A stretch of 58,007 nt of DNA, filler included, from Stramenopiles sp. TOSAG23-3 (taxonomy: Eukaryota), in assembly GCA_900128585.1 (NCBI GenBank). It is 6 parts of 6 records of this genome, joined end to end, with 100 filler letters (N's around TTAATTAATTAA, not from the genome) between each part and the next. Parts side by side here need not be neighbours in the genome. Positions count along the whole stretch, not along the records: positions 1 to 17,323 come from LT642452.1; positions 17,424 to 34,694 come from LT642453.1; 4 more parts are not named here. One strand, given 5' to 3'. A program made the position numbers and the translations under genes. The notes beneath the pieces were generated by a model, which was given only the letters and a program-made list of their open reading frames with translations, made no database searches and was not told the DNA's origin. Positions 10,108-20,928 of the stretch are shown here, one piece after another. How positions within the stretch are numbered: the stretch's first letter is position 1; every line of letters begins with the position of its first letter.

Positions 10108-10782
10108 ATGAGAACTCAACGACGAAATCGGCCCCTTGGCCTCGTTCGGCCTCTCTTGGTCGTGTCCGTTTGTGTACTGCTGGGGCGCAGCGTCGGAGCG
10201 CATGAGGGTCCACATGAAGAATCGGAAAGTGGAAGTTCAAAAGGAGGGTGGAGCCTGTTGGGCACCATGTGTTTTCCAAAAGGAACGGACACGAACGTCC
10301 GTATCGAGGCAACCGCTGGAGCGAACAGCGGAAGCAACCAAAAAATCCTCTTCTATGATGACCAAGAGGGCTCTTGGGACGCCGCAGTGGCCGCCCACAC
10401 GTGCGAGGCGAAGGAAAAGCTTGCGAAAGAACTGGAAGGCACGGGGGAGAGGCAGGGCATGACGCTTCAGCCTGGAGTGCGGGTGGTGGAGAAAATCACG
10501 GTGCGGGAGCAATTCAGAAGACAGTGGTATTTCGTCGCCTCCAACTGCGGAAAGGACGGGAAAGAGTCCCCCGTCAACTTGGAATCGTTTTCGATCGATT
10601 CCTCCGACGCGATCGATTGTGAGCTCCTGTTTGATCAGACGGACGAAACTGGGTGGATAGTAGCATGTGCGTTCAGCTCGCTCTTTGCTGTCATTCTAGC
10701 CTTGACCGCGGTATGCTTTTATCGAAAGTCCAAGCCCCCGACCATGCCGACGACGGGAAGCACCGGGTACAACGAGCTGTGA
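10108..10782 (+). CDS. Single-pass membrane protein; ectodomain resembles the GPR180/TMEM145 luminal domain
   Basis: Signal peptide (LLVVSVCVLLGRSVGA), GTMCF, ILFYDDQ..SW and RRQWYFVASNC motifs, one C-terminal TM helix, tail YNEL. Confidence 0.7.
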   Translation: MRTQRRNRPLGLVRPLLVVSVCVLLGRSVGAHEGPHEESESGSSKGGWSLLGTMCFPKGTDTNVRIEATAGANSGSNQKILFYDDQEGSWDAAVAAHTCEAKEKLAKELEGTGERQGMTLQPGVRVVEKITVREQFRRQWYFVASNCGKDGKESPVNLESFSIDSSDAIDCELLFDQTDETGWIVACAFSSLFAVILALTAVCFYRKSKPPTMPTTGSTGYNEL

Positions 10783-11139
10783 AAATCCCTCCAACAACGC
10801 ACGACAACCAAAGTAAAAAAAAAGGCATTAACCAATGCCAACATAGGCTTGCATCCTCTTTACTTTTTCGGTTGCGTGGTATGAACTGCTTTTGTGCGAT
10901 CACAAGTGTAAAAAAAACAATAAGTATGCTTTAATACTTGGTATAAATCAACAACAAGAAAGCAGTGTAAGCCATTTCAAATAATAAAACGATTGAGACT
11001 AGCGAATGATAAGGAAATTTGTTTTTTTATTTTTGGTTTGTTTAATTTGAATCTCCAGATCTTATTTAATTTTTTTTTATACGCGAAACTGGTAAATTTT
11101 GTTTTTAATTAAAAATTTATTACTTCTCGCTTGTGTCGT

Positions 11140-13497
11140 CTAAAAGTACCTTCCAGAGCCTCTTCCGCGCTGGTTGAACAATTCCTGGTCCAAAAATTCT
11201 TGCAGGTCCTTCAACTCGCCGTTCCGGTCGTGAATCTTGTTGGAACCGACAAGGTTCCCCCCGAATTGGGTGCGGACCAAGTAGAAAAAGATTGCAATCG
11301 TGTCAAAAACGTTGTTGTGGCGCGGTCGCGGCGTGTACTCCTGCCCCTTGCACATGACCACGTAGTACGGGGGGTTCTTGGACACCAGCTTGATGTAAGG
11401 GTTTTGGTAACGCGACGACCTCGCGTCGTCGTTCTCATCTATTCTAGAGTCAAAGCGTTGGTCGCTAAATAGGTCGGGCAGCTCGTACTGGTTCTGCGTC
11501 CGGCAGTACTTCTCCATGTGCTTCGCGTTCAGCCCCGCACGAATCGTGCGGTTCTGATTGGTGGCGTTCTTGTACTGGTTCTCCAACGAGCCGAACATGT
11601 CGTCGTATGCTGGTCCGTTCCATATTTTCGGCGTGTCGTCCACGACCCGCTGCTGCATTTGGTTGTACATTCCCCCGCTCGCAACACCGCCGCCGAGCCC
11701 ACCGCCGAGCCCACCGCCGAGCCCACCGCCGAGCCCACCGCCCGCCATTGGCGCGCCGAACGCGCCGAACCCCGGCCCAGCCCCGCCAGACACCTGGCGC
11801 TGGCGCTGCTGCTGCTGCTGGACCTGAATCATGTGCTGCCGGTTGGCCTGCTTCTTCGGCAACTCCAAAGAGTTCATGTACTGGATGAACAGGTGCATGA
11901 TGACGTGGGCGTCGCACGGCAGGCGCTCGTCCCCCCGGTTCGTCGCGTCGCTGAACTGCTTGTTCTTCCAAATTCCCCCCCCGTTCCACGCCATCATCCC
12001 GAACCTGTCGTCGTGCATCAACTCCCGCACCCGGTGAAGGGTGTACCCGTTCGCGTTCAAGCTCTGGTCTTCGAGGACTTCCAGGAACGCCTGGAGCATC
12101 TGGCGCTGGATGAGCAGGTAGCGTTTCCCGTCCCCGCCGTCGGTCGGCTGGTACCGGTCCGTGTGGATCGACATGAGCAGCGTACGAAACGTCAGCGCCG
12201 TCGACTTCTTCCGGCTGGAACTGAAGAGGGCCGCCCCCGTGGTCTTCGGGTGGTAGTTCTCCTGCTTCTTTATCGTATGCTCGAGGAGGCCCCGCTTGAT
12301 GCCGCCGTGGCACTCGTGGCTGAGCTCGTTGATGTTCCTCTCCATCGGCTCCAGGAAGTTCTGCTTGATGACGGCGCTGAGCCATCGACGGACGTTCTCG
12401 GACCAGTTGTCGATGTCGTGCTTGATGCCCATCCGGTCGTACGCCTTTTCGCTCTTCGTGTGCTGGGTCCCGAACGAGTCCCGGTTCGTCGAGTTGGAGG
12501 AAAGGGTAATGTTGACCTTTGACATTTGGTACGGCTCGATCTTGGACATCCGGCGCCCCAGCGCCTGGCCCCGCCGGCCCCCGCTCCCGTACATCGAATC
12601 GTTCCGCTGCGCATGGGTCCGGTGGTTTTGAATCTGGCGTTGGTTGATGGCGAAATTTTTCGCCCGTAAAAATCGGTCCAGCGACTCTTCCCCGCTGATG
12701 TCGAACCGCCGGTCCTGCAAGTCAAAGTCGTGGGTCCCGCTCTGATCGGCGTAGTCGGCAAACTCGGCGTCGTCGTACTCCTGATGCTGCCGCCGGGAGG
12801 ACCCCGCCTGCTTCCCCAAGATGACGTCCGCGGACCACGACCCGTTCCCGAACCGGTCGCTGTCCCCCTTCCGCACCTGCCCCTGCGGGGTCCTCGACGC
12901 CCCGACGCCCCCCGCCCCGCCGTAGCGCATCATTGGCTGGCTGCTCACCCGGCCCCCGGCCCCGATGGCCGCGCCCGGGGTCCTCACCATGCCTCCGTCG
13001 GCCCCGCTCTTGGACAGGCCCCCAGGGCCCCGCCCGGCCACACCCCCGGGGCCCGCCTTCGACTTCTTTGCCTTCCCCTTGAACGGACTGATGAAACTGT
13101 CGATCCCAAGCAGCTTCCGGTGCGACGAGTTCTTTAGCATTTTTTCGACCGTGTCCGAGTAGCCTACCATGGACTTGTACGCGGACACCAGCGCTACGGC
13201 CAGAAAGAACAGGATGCAGGAGGACGTGGCGTCCGCGGAACCGAACACGTGCGCCGTCCACGGGGACGCCGAGTACAGGTGCTGGTAGACGGTAAATAGC
13301 GCGGCCGTGCCGCTGGAAACGGCCCATGCCAAGTGGGAGTTGCGGTTCTTTCGTATGTTAAACGCTTGCAAGACCGCCGACTCCGTTTTCTTGTCCCACT
13401 CTGCCGCCTTGGACGGTGTTCGGGTCGGAACGCCCCCCCCCGTCCGCCTCCGTACTTTTGACTTTGAACGAACCCCTTTCTGGGCGCTAGTAGACAT
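11140..13497 (-). CDS. TMEM209: TMEM209 (CytochromB561_N domain) nuclear-envelope protein
   Basis: Two N-terminal TM helices; WSENVRRWLS, YTLHRVREL, WNGGG.W, LPCDAHVIMHLF and PPYYVV...RHNNVFDTIAIFFYLV..GGNL match TMEM209 blocks; (GGGL)n insert. Confidence 0.85.
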   Translation of the reverse strand: MSTSAQKGVRSKSKVRRRTGGGVPTRTPSKAAEWDKKTESAVLQAFNIRKNRNSHLAWAVSSGTAALFTVYQHLYSASPWTAHVFGSADATSSCILFFLAVALVSAYKSMVGYSDTVEKMLKNSSHRKLLGIDSFISPFKGKAKKSKAGPGGVAGRGPGGLSKSGADGGMVRTPGAAIGAGGRVSSQPMMRYGGAGGVGASRTPQGQVRKGDSDRFGNGSWSADVILGKQAGSSRRQHQEYDDAEFADYADQSGTHDFDLQDRRFDISGEESLDRFLRAKNFAINQRQIQNHRTHAQRNDSMYGSGGRRGQALGRRMSKIEPYQMSKVNITLSSNSTNRDSFGTQHTKSEKAYDRMGIKHDIDNWSENVRRWLSAVIKQNFLEPMERNINELSHECHGGIKRGLLEHTIKKQENYHPKTTGAALFSSSRKKSTALTFRTLLMSIHTDRYQPTDGGDGKRYLLIQRQMLQAFLEVLEDQSLNANGYTLHRVRELMHDDRFGMMAWNGGGIWKNKQFSDATNRGDERLPCDAHVIMHLFIQYMNSLELPKKQANRQHMIQVQQQQQRQRQVSGGAGPGFGAFGAPMAGGGLGGGLGGGLGGGLGGGVASGGMYNQMQQRVVDDTPKIWNGPAYDDMFGSLENQYKNATNQNRTIRAGLNAKHMEKYCRTQNQYELPDLFSDQRFDSRIDENDDARSSRYQNPYIKLVSKNPPYYVVMCKGQEYTPRPRHNNVFDTIAIFFYLVRTQFGGNLVGSNKIHDRNGELKDLQEFLDQELFNQRGRGSGRYF

Positions 13498-13727
13498 ATT
13501 TTTTCAAAACAGAAGCAAAGCCTACTGTACAAACTAACGAACTAACTACGCACAACTTTTGGTTCTGAAATATAAACGCAATGCCTTTGCCCCCAATCAC
13601 CACCACTGTGTACTATATTGTGTATGTTTACAGAACCTGCAAAAGAAAGAAAAGTAAAAAGTCCGAATTTAAACGAATAATCTCAGAATTCAAAAAGCCA
13701 CAATAATAATACAATTTTCAAGTCAGG

Positions 13728-13760
13728 CACACACACACGCACACACACACACACACACAC
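13728..13760. repeat. (CA)n microsatellite
   Basis: Read directly. Confidence 0.95.
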
Positions 13761-14344
13761 AATATCTAACCCTTAACCTAACCCTTACCTCGTATTTATT
13801 AGTCGGTCGTCTATAATTATTCGTTCTTCTTCATCATACCACTAGATACTATTTACACTCTTCTTCATCAAGAATTATTTTTATTAGTCGTCTTATATTT
13901 ATTATTATTAATAGAAGAGTAGACGGACATTATTTTTCAGGATTCAGAAGGAAGGAAGGAAGGAAGGAAGGAAAGAAGGAGATGATGTGATTTGCTTGGG
14001 GCTTGGGAGGACTATTTATTATTTTTTATTTTTATATTTTTTTTTTTAGCAAAAAAATTTTGAAAACTTATTTATTATATTATTATTATTGTTGTAAATA
14101 TAATAAATATTCGAATAATTTTTGTGTTAAAAATGTATGTGTAAAAAAAGAGTTCCATCCAACTATAATAATAATAGCTTCATTTAATCTTTTTTATCAC
14201 TTGCGTACATACGTTCCTTTTTTTTGTTCACTTTTCGTTTCTATTGTCTTGTTTTGTGTGATTTCTTCTTCTATTGTTTTGTTTCTTCTTCCAATAATAC
14301 TCACACGCACGGTCGTAGGAAGTACGCACACAGACACACACAGG

Positions 14345-15325
14345 ATGGAAACGCCCAATTTAAACCGTGGTTATTTTTTTATGGTTTGCCTTGCGTTGCA
14401 GTTTGGTTGCCAGCCCTTGTCTACAAAGGCATTCGTCGACCCGGGCGCGCACAAACCGACATTGGTGCTCTTGTGCGAGGTACTCAAGGCTATTTTTGCA
14501 ATCGTGCTGTTATGCGTCGATGGGGACGCGACGGCGAGGCGAAGGGCTTTGAAAAACTGGTCGCTTTTGCAGACGGTAACGTTTGCCGGGGTCCCCGCGG
14601 CGGTGTACGCGTTTCAAAACATTATGATTCAAATTGCCTACCAGAACACCGACCCGTTGCTTTTTAACCTGCTGAACCAGACAAAGATTGTGTTCACCGC
14701 GGCGATGGTCTACGTCCTGATGGGGAAAACCCAGAGCTTTGGGCAGTGCGTGGCCCTCGCCATGCTGGTCGCCGTCGGCGTCCTTTTGAGCCTTCCGGAG
14801 GACGCCACCGATTTGTTGAAGGTTGGGACCGGGAACGATTTTATGAACGGGATCGTCCCTTGCTTGGTTGCGTGCGTCTGCTCTGGTTTCGCATCCGCGT
14901 ACAGCCAAAAGGTCATGTCTGGGACGACGAAGAGGAACGCCTATTTGTTCTCGGCGGAACTTTCCGTTTGCAGCTCGCTCGTGCTGGTCGCTTCTAACTC
15001 GTACTCGCTCTTTGGACGAGGCGGCGGGGCAGGGTTTGCGTCCTCGTTTAACTTTTTGGACCTTAGGGGGTTGACGATGATGACCCTTATCCCCTTGGTA
15101 ACGAACGCTAGTGGTGGAATTTTTGTCGGCCAAGTCACAAAGCACGCAGGGTCCGTTCGAAAAGTGTTTTGCGTAGTGGGGGGGATCTTTACGACTGCGA
15201 TTGTGCGCCTCCTCCTTTTCGACGACCCGGTGAACCCAAAAATTTTCGCGTGCATACCGGTTGTTCTGTTCAGTTTAATCTTGTACAATCGCTCCGCAAC
15301 CAGGCAAAAGGCGAAGACGGCGTAA
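14345..15325 (+). CDS. Nucleotide-sugar transporter, SLC35A-like
   Basis: Multi-TM protein with EVLK, VPAAVYAFQN, LLNQTKIVFTA, SGFASAYSQK and GGIFVGQVTKHAGSVRK; ATG at 14345 (the upstream in-frame AT-rich extension is rejected). Confidence 0.92.
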   Translation: METPNLNRGYFFMVCLALQFGCQPLSTKAFVDPGAHKPTLVLLCEVLKAIFAIVLLCVDGDATARRRALKNWSLLQTVTFAGVPAAVYAFQNIMIQIAYQNTDPLLFNLLNQTKIVFTAAMVYVLMGKTQSFGQCVALAMLVAVGVLLSLPEDATDLLKVGTGNDFMNGIVPCLVACVCSGFASAYSQKVMSGTTKRNAYLFSAELSVCSSLVLVASNSYSLFGRGGGAGFASSFNFLDLRGLTMMTLIPLVTNASGGIFVGQVTKHAGSVRKVFCVVGGIFTTAIVRLLLFDDPVNPKIFACIPVVLFSLILYNRSATRQKAKTA

Positions 15326-15477
15326 CAGGAGAGGGGGGGGGGAGGAACATTAAAAGGATATCTCGCGTTTTTTAAGCTTATATCTAATATATGTACGAAG
15401 TATATTTTATTATTTTTTTTTAAATATTCTTCGTATTCATAAAAAAAATTTAAAACACATATATTACATTAACGTAC

Positions 15478-15728
15478 GCTGATTCGGGTCATGCATGGAG
15501 TACACAAGGAAATGATAGTCAAGACTGGATGACAAGGGTACATTGATTTACTAAAATCACAACAGCAGAGATCAGTTCGAAGTACATTAATTTTAATTAC
15601 TTAAATAACAGCAAATTTTTCGTTTTTATTATATTTTACATATATTTTTACTAAAAAATAACAGCCAATTTTCTTGTTTTTTTTACATATTTTTTTACTT
15701 AAAAATAACACAGCCAATTTTTGTTTTT
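15478..15728 (+). mobile_element. Interspersed element (subfamily B) with triplicated terminus
   Basis: Matches the reverse complement of 46642-46790 and 19933-20130; the terminal ACAGC(C/A)AATTTT motif occurs three times. Confidence 0.8.
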
Positions 15729-15785
15729 ACTATATACAACAATTTTATATCACATCTGTTTTTGGTCAAATCTCTTCAATTATGT

Positions 15786-16712
15786 CTACGTCAACAACTT
15801 TTTTGAAACGCCCCGCCGTGCCAAAAATCTCGCCAGCTGGGTTTCTCTGATCTGCGACGCCGCGGCGATCTCCTTTCGTCTTCTCTCCTTGGTCGACCGG
15901 AGCCGTTCGGCGGACGCTACTGCCCTCGAGGGGGCACCAGGGTTGCCGGTCGGCGGGGACGTCGTCTGGTCCCCACCCAACATTGTCCAGCGGATCAAAT
16001 CCTTCATCGGCACCAGGAGCGGGGCTTTCAGGCCTGGCCCGGCCGTCGGGTTGACCTTGTCGGCCCGAAAGGCCCCGGCCCATGACGATGCAGCGTCCGG
16101 CGTCCGGTCCAGGGTGCCCCCTGCTGCAGCGAAACGACAATTGCTGACGCCGTCAAGGGTGTACCCATTCTCTAAAATGTGCGAGAACACGAACCGCTGT
16201 GACTCGCTCTCTAGCCTGCTCATCACCTCTATCGCGACCAGGGTAGGGTCTTCGATCACTTTCTGAACGTCGTTTCTAAATCTATTGTCGCCTTCAAACG
16301 GGCCGTCCTCGGTGTTCCTTTTGTTCAGCTTGGCCCGAATGCGTTTTATGGCCTCGTCATACTCCGTGTCGGCGAAATCGCTCAAGCCTGGACTCTCCAA
16401 AGGTTCGCCCACTCCCTCCGAGGTGGCAGGGGTCCCCATAATGCCGACGGGTCCCCTCTCGCTGCCCGCCCCTAGAGTTTCGCCGTCCCCGGCGGTGCTG
16501 ACTTCCCTGTTGGGCGTTGGGATCAAACGGGCAGACGGAACAGCAGCCGGCTCGGTAGAATTCGGGGAACCTGGTAGCGGGGACGCCACTGCATCTTTGA
16601 CGGTCTCCAACGACGAGGGCGCCGTGACCCCGCCTTCGCTCTTGTCCAAAGGGGCATCGTCCGCTTGCAGGGAGGAAGGGTTCTTCACCGCTTTCTTCTT
16701 TTTTCTTCCCAT
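15786..16712 (-). CDS. Hypothetical protein, largely disordered
   Basis: 308-aa ATG ORF with coding-like GC and sharp AT-rich boundaries; basic N-terminus MGRKKKK. Confidence 0.7.
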   Translation of the reverse strand: MGRKKKKAVKNPSSLQADDAPLDKSEGGVTAPSSLETVKDAVASPLPGSPNSTEPAAVPSARLIPTPNREVSTAGDGETLGAGSERGPVGIMGTPATSEGVGEPLESPGLSDFADTEYDEAIKRIRAKLNKRNTEDGPFEGDNRFRNDVQKVIEDPTLVAIEVMSRLESESQRFVFSHILENGYTLDGVSNCRFAAAGGTLDRTPDAASSWAGAFRADKVNPTAGPGLKAPLLVPMKDLIRWTMLGGDQTTSPPTGNPGAPSRAVASAERLRSTKERRRKEIAAASQIRETQLARFLARRGVSKKLLT

Positions 16713-16980
16713 AGTAAAAAAATCTATTTATGTACTACTCTCCAACCTTTGTTTGTATATATATTCACATATATGTACATCTTTCTCTATCAAATCAAAA
16801 ATTGAAACCAAAATCAAGAATAACATTAATCAAATCGAATGTTTCAAATTAATTTTTATATATTTACACACAATAAAATCCGCACTTCTTTTTTTTTATT
16901 ACTACTAATACTGGTATTTATTATTATTAAATTATTATTAAATTAGACGACGACTAATAATAATAAATAAAAAAATTAAA

Positions 16981-17323
16981 AAAAGAAGAAGAACAAGAAC
17001 AAGAAGAAAGAAGAAAGAAGAAAGAAGAAATAAATAGAAGAAGAAGAAGAAGAAGAAGAAGAAGAACAACAACAACAACAACAACAAGAAAGAAGAAGAA
17101 GAAGAAGAAGAAAGAAGAAGAAGAAGAAAGAAGAGAGAAGAGAGAAGAGAGAAGAGAGAAGAGAGAAGAGAGAAGAGAGAAGAGAGAAGAGAAGAGAAGA
17201 GAAGAGAAGAGAAGAGAAGAGAAGAGAAGAGAAGAGAGAAGAGAGAAGAGAGAAGAGAAGAGAAGAGAAGAGAAGAGAAGAGAAGAGAAGAGAAGAGAAG
17301 AGAAGAGAAGAGAAGAGAAGAGA
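16981..17323. repeat. (GAA)n/(GAAGAGA)n/(GAAGA)n microsatellite ending contig 1
   Basis: Read directly. Confidence 0.95.
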
Positions 17324-17423
17324 NNNNNNNNNNNNNNNNNNNNNNNNNNNNNNNNNNNNNNNNNNNNTTAATTAATTAANNNNNNNNNNNNNNNNNNNNN
17401 NNNNNNNNNNNNNNNNNNNNNNN
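17324..17423. other. Artificial contig spacer (44N-TTAATTAATTAA-44N)
   Basis: The same 100-nt structure occurs five times; it has stops in all six frames. Confidence 0.97.
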
Positions 17424-17498
<75 letters not shown>

Positions 17499-17499
17499 A
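17424..17499. repeat. (GAAA)n microsatellite starting contig 2
   Basis: Read directly. Confidence 0.95.
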
Positions 17500-18074
17500 C
17501 GATCGTTGTTGTTTTTTCGTAGTACAGGTATTGTATTATTATCAGGTATTATTTTATCAGGTTCGGTACCTCGGTAATTGCCAATAATAGGGCTATTAAT
17601 TTTTTACCATCTTCGTCCTTCGTCACCCGTACGATAATGTACAATACGAAGCGGAAACATTGACGGCACGGGCGGGGGTTTCCGGTTGGTTCCCAACGTA
17701 CCGTACTACGATAACACCAGGAACGGGTGCCCGTACCTGGTAATACAGGTATTAATACCGTACGGTACCCATACCAGATAAATAACGAACCGGTTCGTGT
17801 TTAATTTAATATTTGGTTCCTCACCGATATGATGATGATGAATAATATGATGCCTTTTTTTTTTATATATATATATATTGTTTTATTTTATTTGTATTTT
17901 TTTCTTGTCTCTTTAGTTAGTAGATAGAAAGGTACATTTTATCGAATATATATATTACCGATATCATGTATGTTTATCAAATCAAAACAAAAATAAAAAT
18001 TATCGAAAAGGATTGCGGACTTAGAACCAGCAGGGAGGACAATCATCCAAAGGCTGCATGCTGGTCGTGTTTCC

Positions 18075-19785
18075 ATGGAACTGCTGAAATCCACGTTGGG
18101 TCAATTTACTGCTGATAAGAGCGCTGTCGCAGATGAAAGGGACGGGGAGGAACGTGTTTATACAGAGCGAAAGGATGAGGGGGGTTGTTCCCAGACGCTG
18201 GCAACGGAATCCGAGTTAAAGTCGCTAAAACAAGTAGAAGTAGCATTTATTAAACTCGAGAAAGAAATGGTGATTATTGCAGCGAAACTCAGCGAAAGTG
18301 AAGCTCTACGACAATCTCTGTTGGTGAGCGAAAGGGCTTTGAAGAAGAAAGTAGATGAGCAAGCGTATCGAATAGAGAGGTTGAAACGAAAAATAGACAC
18401 AAGCGAGGAGCAAACAATTTCCGCTTACGAGAAAAAATTAAAAGCGCAAGAGACCCAAATTAAAGCGCACGAAACCTTGATCACTGCACAAAAATCCATG
18501 CTGGAAAGACAGGACGCAGAAATAGCCGTCCTAAATATCCACATGAAACCAAAGCCTGGCGCAAGTGCTTCAACGAACCGTGAATCCGGCAAGAAAGATT
18601 TAAAATCTTTTCATGGAAATTTAAAGAATAGAGTGTCTGCTACACGTGAGTACGTCGGTACAATAAGCAAATTGAAAGCAAAGTTGCTGGAAAGTGAGCG
18701 AAAGTCATCCTTGGTCAGTGAAAGTGCGATTGCACAGAAGCAGAACTTGCAAAAGCTAGAAGAAAATTTGAGCAACACCCATGTCCGGGCCTCCAGTTTT
18801 CTTCGATACAAACATAACATGAATAAGAAAAAGAACGCTCTGCTTCAATGGTACCAATACACAAGACACGTGAAGCAACTAAAGAAAATATCAGATAAAG
18901 TTTTAAGGCGATGGCTTCACCACAAACTAAGCAAGGTATTTTTATCGTGGCATAATATTGTTCGTCAAACGCGGCATGAAAAATTTGTGATTCAAAATGC
19001 CATAAAAAATCTAGTCTCTCGCCCATTAACACGTGCCATGTCTCTCTGGAAGAGAATGACGCAACAGCTTTTGGGCTTGGAGGCAGTACGCATTGCACGG
19101 AAACCATGAACGCACATTGCTTGAAGCCCATTTGGAGCAACTTCAGATACGGGGATTGACCGAGAAGACGAAAGCGTTTGAAGAACTGACAAATTCCCTG
19201 GTGGGAAAATTGTCGCGATCCAGAAGTATCGAGTCCAACCTTTTGAAACTACTCTCAGATGCAACGCAATCGTCAGAGGAAGAGCTGATGAAAATTGCTA
19301 CTGCAGGAAGCATAGCTGAAGAATTAGAAAACGAAGTCTATGATTCTACTATGGCAGCAACTGGTCTAATGCATAGTCTAACTCCTGTAAACGTAGAAGA
19401 CGGTGCTGAAGAGACACTTGACGGTGAAATAAATTCTTCTTTTGGAGTGGCCGTACATGGTTTTGATGAATACTTTATCGAGACTTCAAATGAAGAGGAG
19501 AGTATTTGGGACACGTTTATGGATGATTCCAGCGGCCAATATTACTACCACAACGCCATTACCGGTGTCACGACTTGGGACAAACCAAACGACACCTTCT
19601 GTCCACTAAAGCTTTCCTATCATTCTGAGAGTTCAGCTGAATTGCCATTACAATACAACAGTAGTCAAATGCGCCCAGAAAGCAAAGCGCAACATGATGC
19701 ACCATCCCCAAAATTGCAGTATGACGAAGCAAGAATGGCAAAACTGAGCACACTAGTGTCTCAATTACAACGAGTACAAAGGTAG
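18075..19785 (+). CDS. Coiled-coil protein with W-repeat (Sfi1-like) segment and C-terminal WW domain; ORFs 18075-19109 and 19093-19785 joined by a +1 shift or a short intron
   Basis: Heptad-rich; LLQWYQY, VFLSWHN and AMSLWKR repeats; WW domain WDTFMDDSSGQYYYHNAITGVTTWDKP; the ORFs overlap on the same strand. Confidence 0.72.
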
Positions 19786-19853
19786 AATTAAAATGCTTTA
19801 ATTTGGGCGGAAGTAAAAAGTGGCCTTTAATGGACAAAAGGAGCAGATTCACA

Positions 19854-20275
19854 TTCGCGGTACATGAAGAAGATAAATTTTAATTCTCAAACGTTCCACG
19901 TTGAAAATAACGAGTTTTGGAACAAATGTACTAAAAAACAAGAAAATTGGCTGTTATTTAAGTGTAATTAAAATTAATGTACTGCGAACTGAACTCTAGT
20001 TTTAGACATTCAAGGTTTACATTCCTTCATACTGCGACTTATCTTTTCTCTTTTGGTTTTACTAATCGATTTACCCTTGTCACTTATTGTTGACTATTAT
20101 TCTCAGGTGTACTCCATGCATAATCTACAAATGTACTCTAATGTTATGCATATCATATGATAAAAACAAGAAAATTGGCTGTTATCTGTTATTTAAGTAA
20201 TTAAATTTAGCTTCGTCGTACCCTAATCCTAACTTGGTTCTGTAATTTCGTCTCATTGATGATGATTGTCAATCA
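19854..20275. mobile_element. Cluster of element fragments: C (+, 19854-19885), B (-, 19933-20130), A (-, 20162-20275)
   Basis: AAAACAAGAAAATTGGCTGTTAT twice, plus subfamily-specific blocks shared with other copies. Confidence 0.8.
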
Positions 20276-20348
20276 TTTTTTTTTAAACATTTTTTTTTAA
20301 AGTGGAGTCCATGAACTATCCGGAGCGGTATCTGAATTGGATCATATG

Positions 20349-20571
20349 AAAAAACAAATTATATAGTATGTTTTAAGACTCTCAAAAAAGAAAAGAAAAA
20401 AGAAGGTAAAACATTTCAAGAACCTAAACTCCTCCTTGTTCCAGAATAAAACTTCTGGTATTCATCATTCAAACTATCATAAAATTGTTTGAGTTGTTGA
20501 GGCCCGGCTCTATCCCAAAACGTATTATGATGATCATAATGATGAATTTCTTTCAAGTCGTATTGGATCAT
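20349..20571 (-). mobile_element. Interspersed element family D with residual 51-codon ORF (20416-20571)
   Basis: Homologous to 5170-5330; the minus strand reads MIQYDLKEIHHYDHHNTFWDRAGPQQLKQFYDSLNDEYQKFYSGTRRSLGS*. Confidence 0.72.
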
Positions 20572-20928
20572 ATGATATTAAAAATCCTTTAAAAATCCTT
20601 TATCTTGACGATGACAGAGACAAAGACAAATATGAACTCTTTTATTTGAGTTGAGGTTCAAAAAATATTCATATCATTCCGTCGAATGTATACTAATATC
20701 ATTAGTTTTTACAGTAGTACGCGTACATGCAACTTTTCAGTCAAATTTGACTGTCAAGTGCCCCTTTTTCATATGCTTATATATGATATAAAAATTAAAA
20801 AATAAGAAAGACCAAAATTCTCCTTTTAAACGGAGTTCCGTTTTAAATCTTCATCGGTGTAACTACTGCAGAGGCTCTCCCGTCCGACTCAAGGCAGACG
20901 CAGAAGTACGTACTTTTGAGGTTGAGTT

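Noticed and set aside
14003-14344. In-frame N-terminal extensions from TTG/GTG starts (also 8474-8770, 36750-36836)
   Set aside because: AT-rich or non-homologous sequence; downstream ATGs fit the family starts.
15590-15728. Reiterated ~25-nt motif as a CRISPR-like array
   Set aside because: Irregular, degenerate and dispersed on both strands, with low-complexity spacers and no cas genes.
17368-17379. TTAATTAATTAA as a biological palindrome
   Set aside because: It is always centred in 44+44 N; it is a six-frame-stop linker.
20240-20262. Hammerhead-like AATGAGACGAAA (minus strand) and CTGATGA at 26955
   Set aside because: The core is incomplete and I could not build the three stems.
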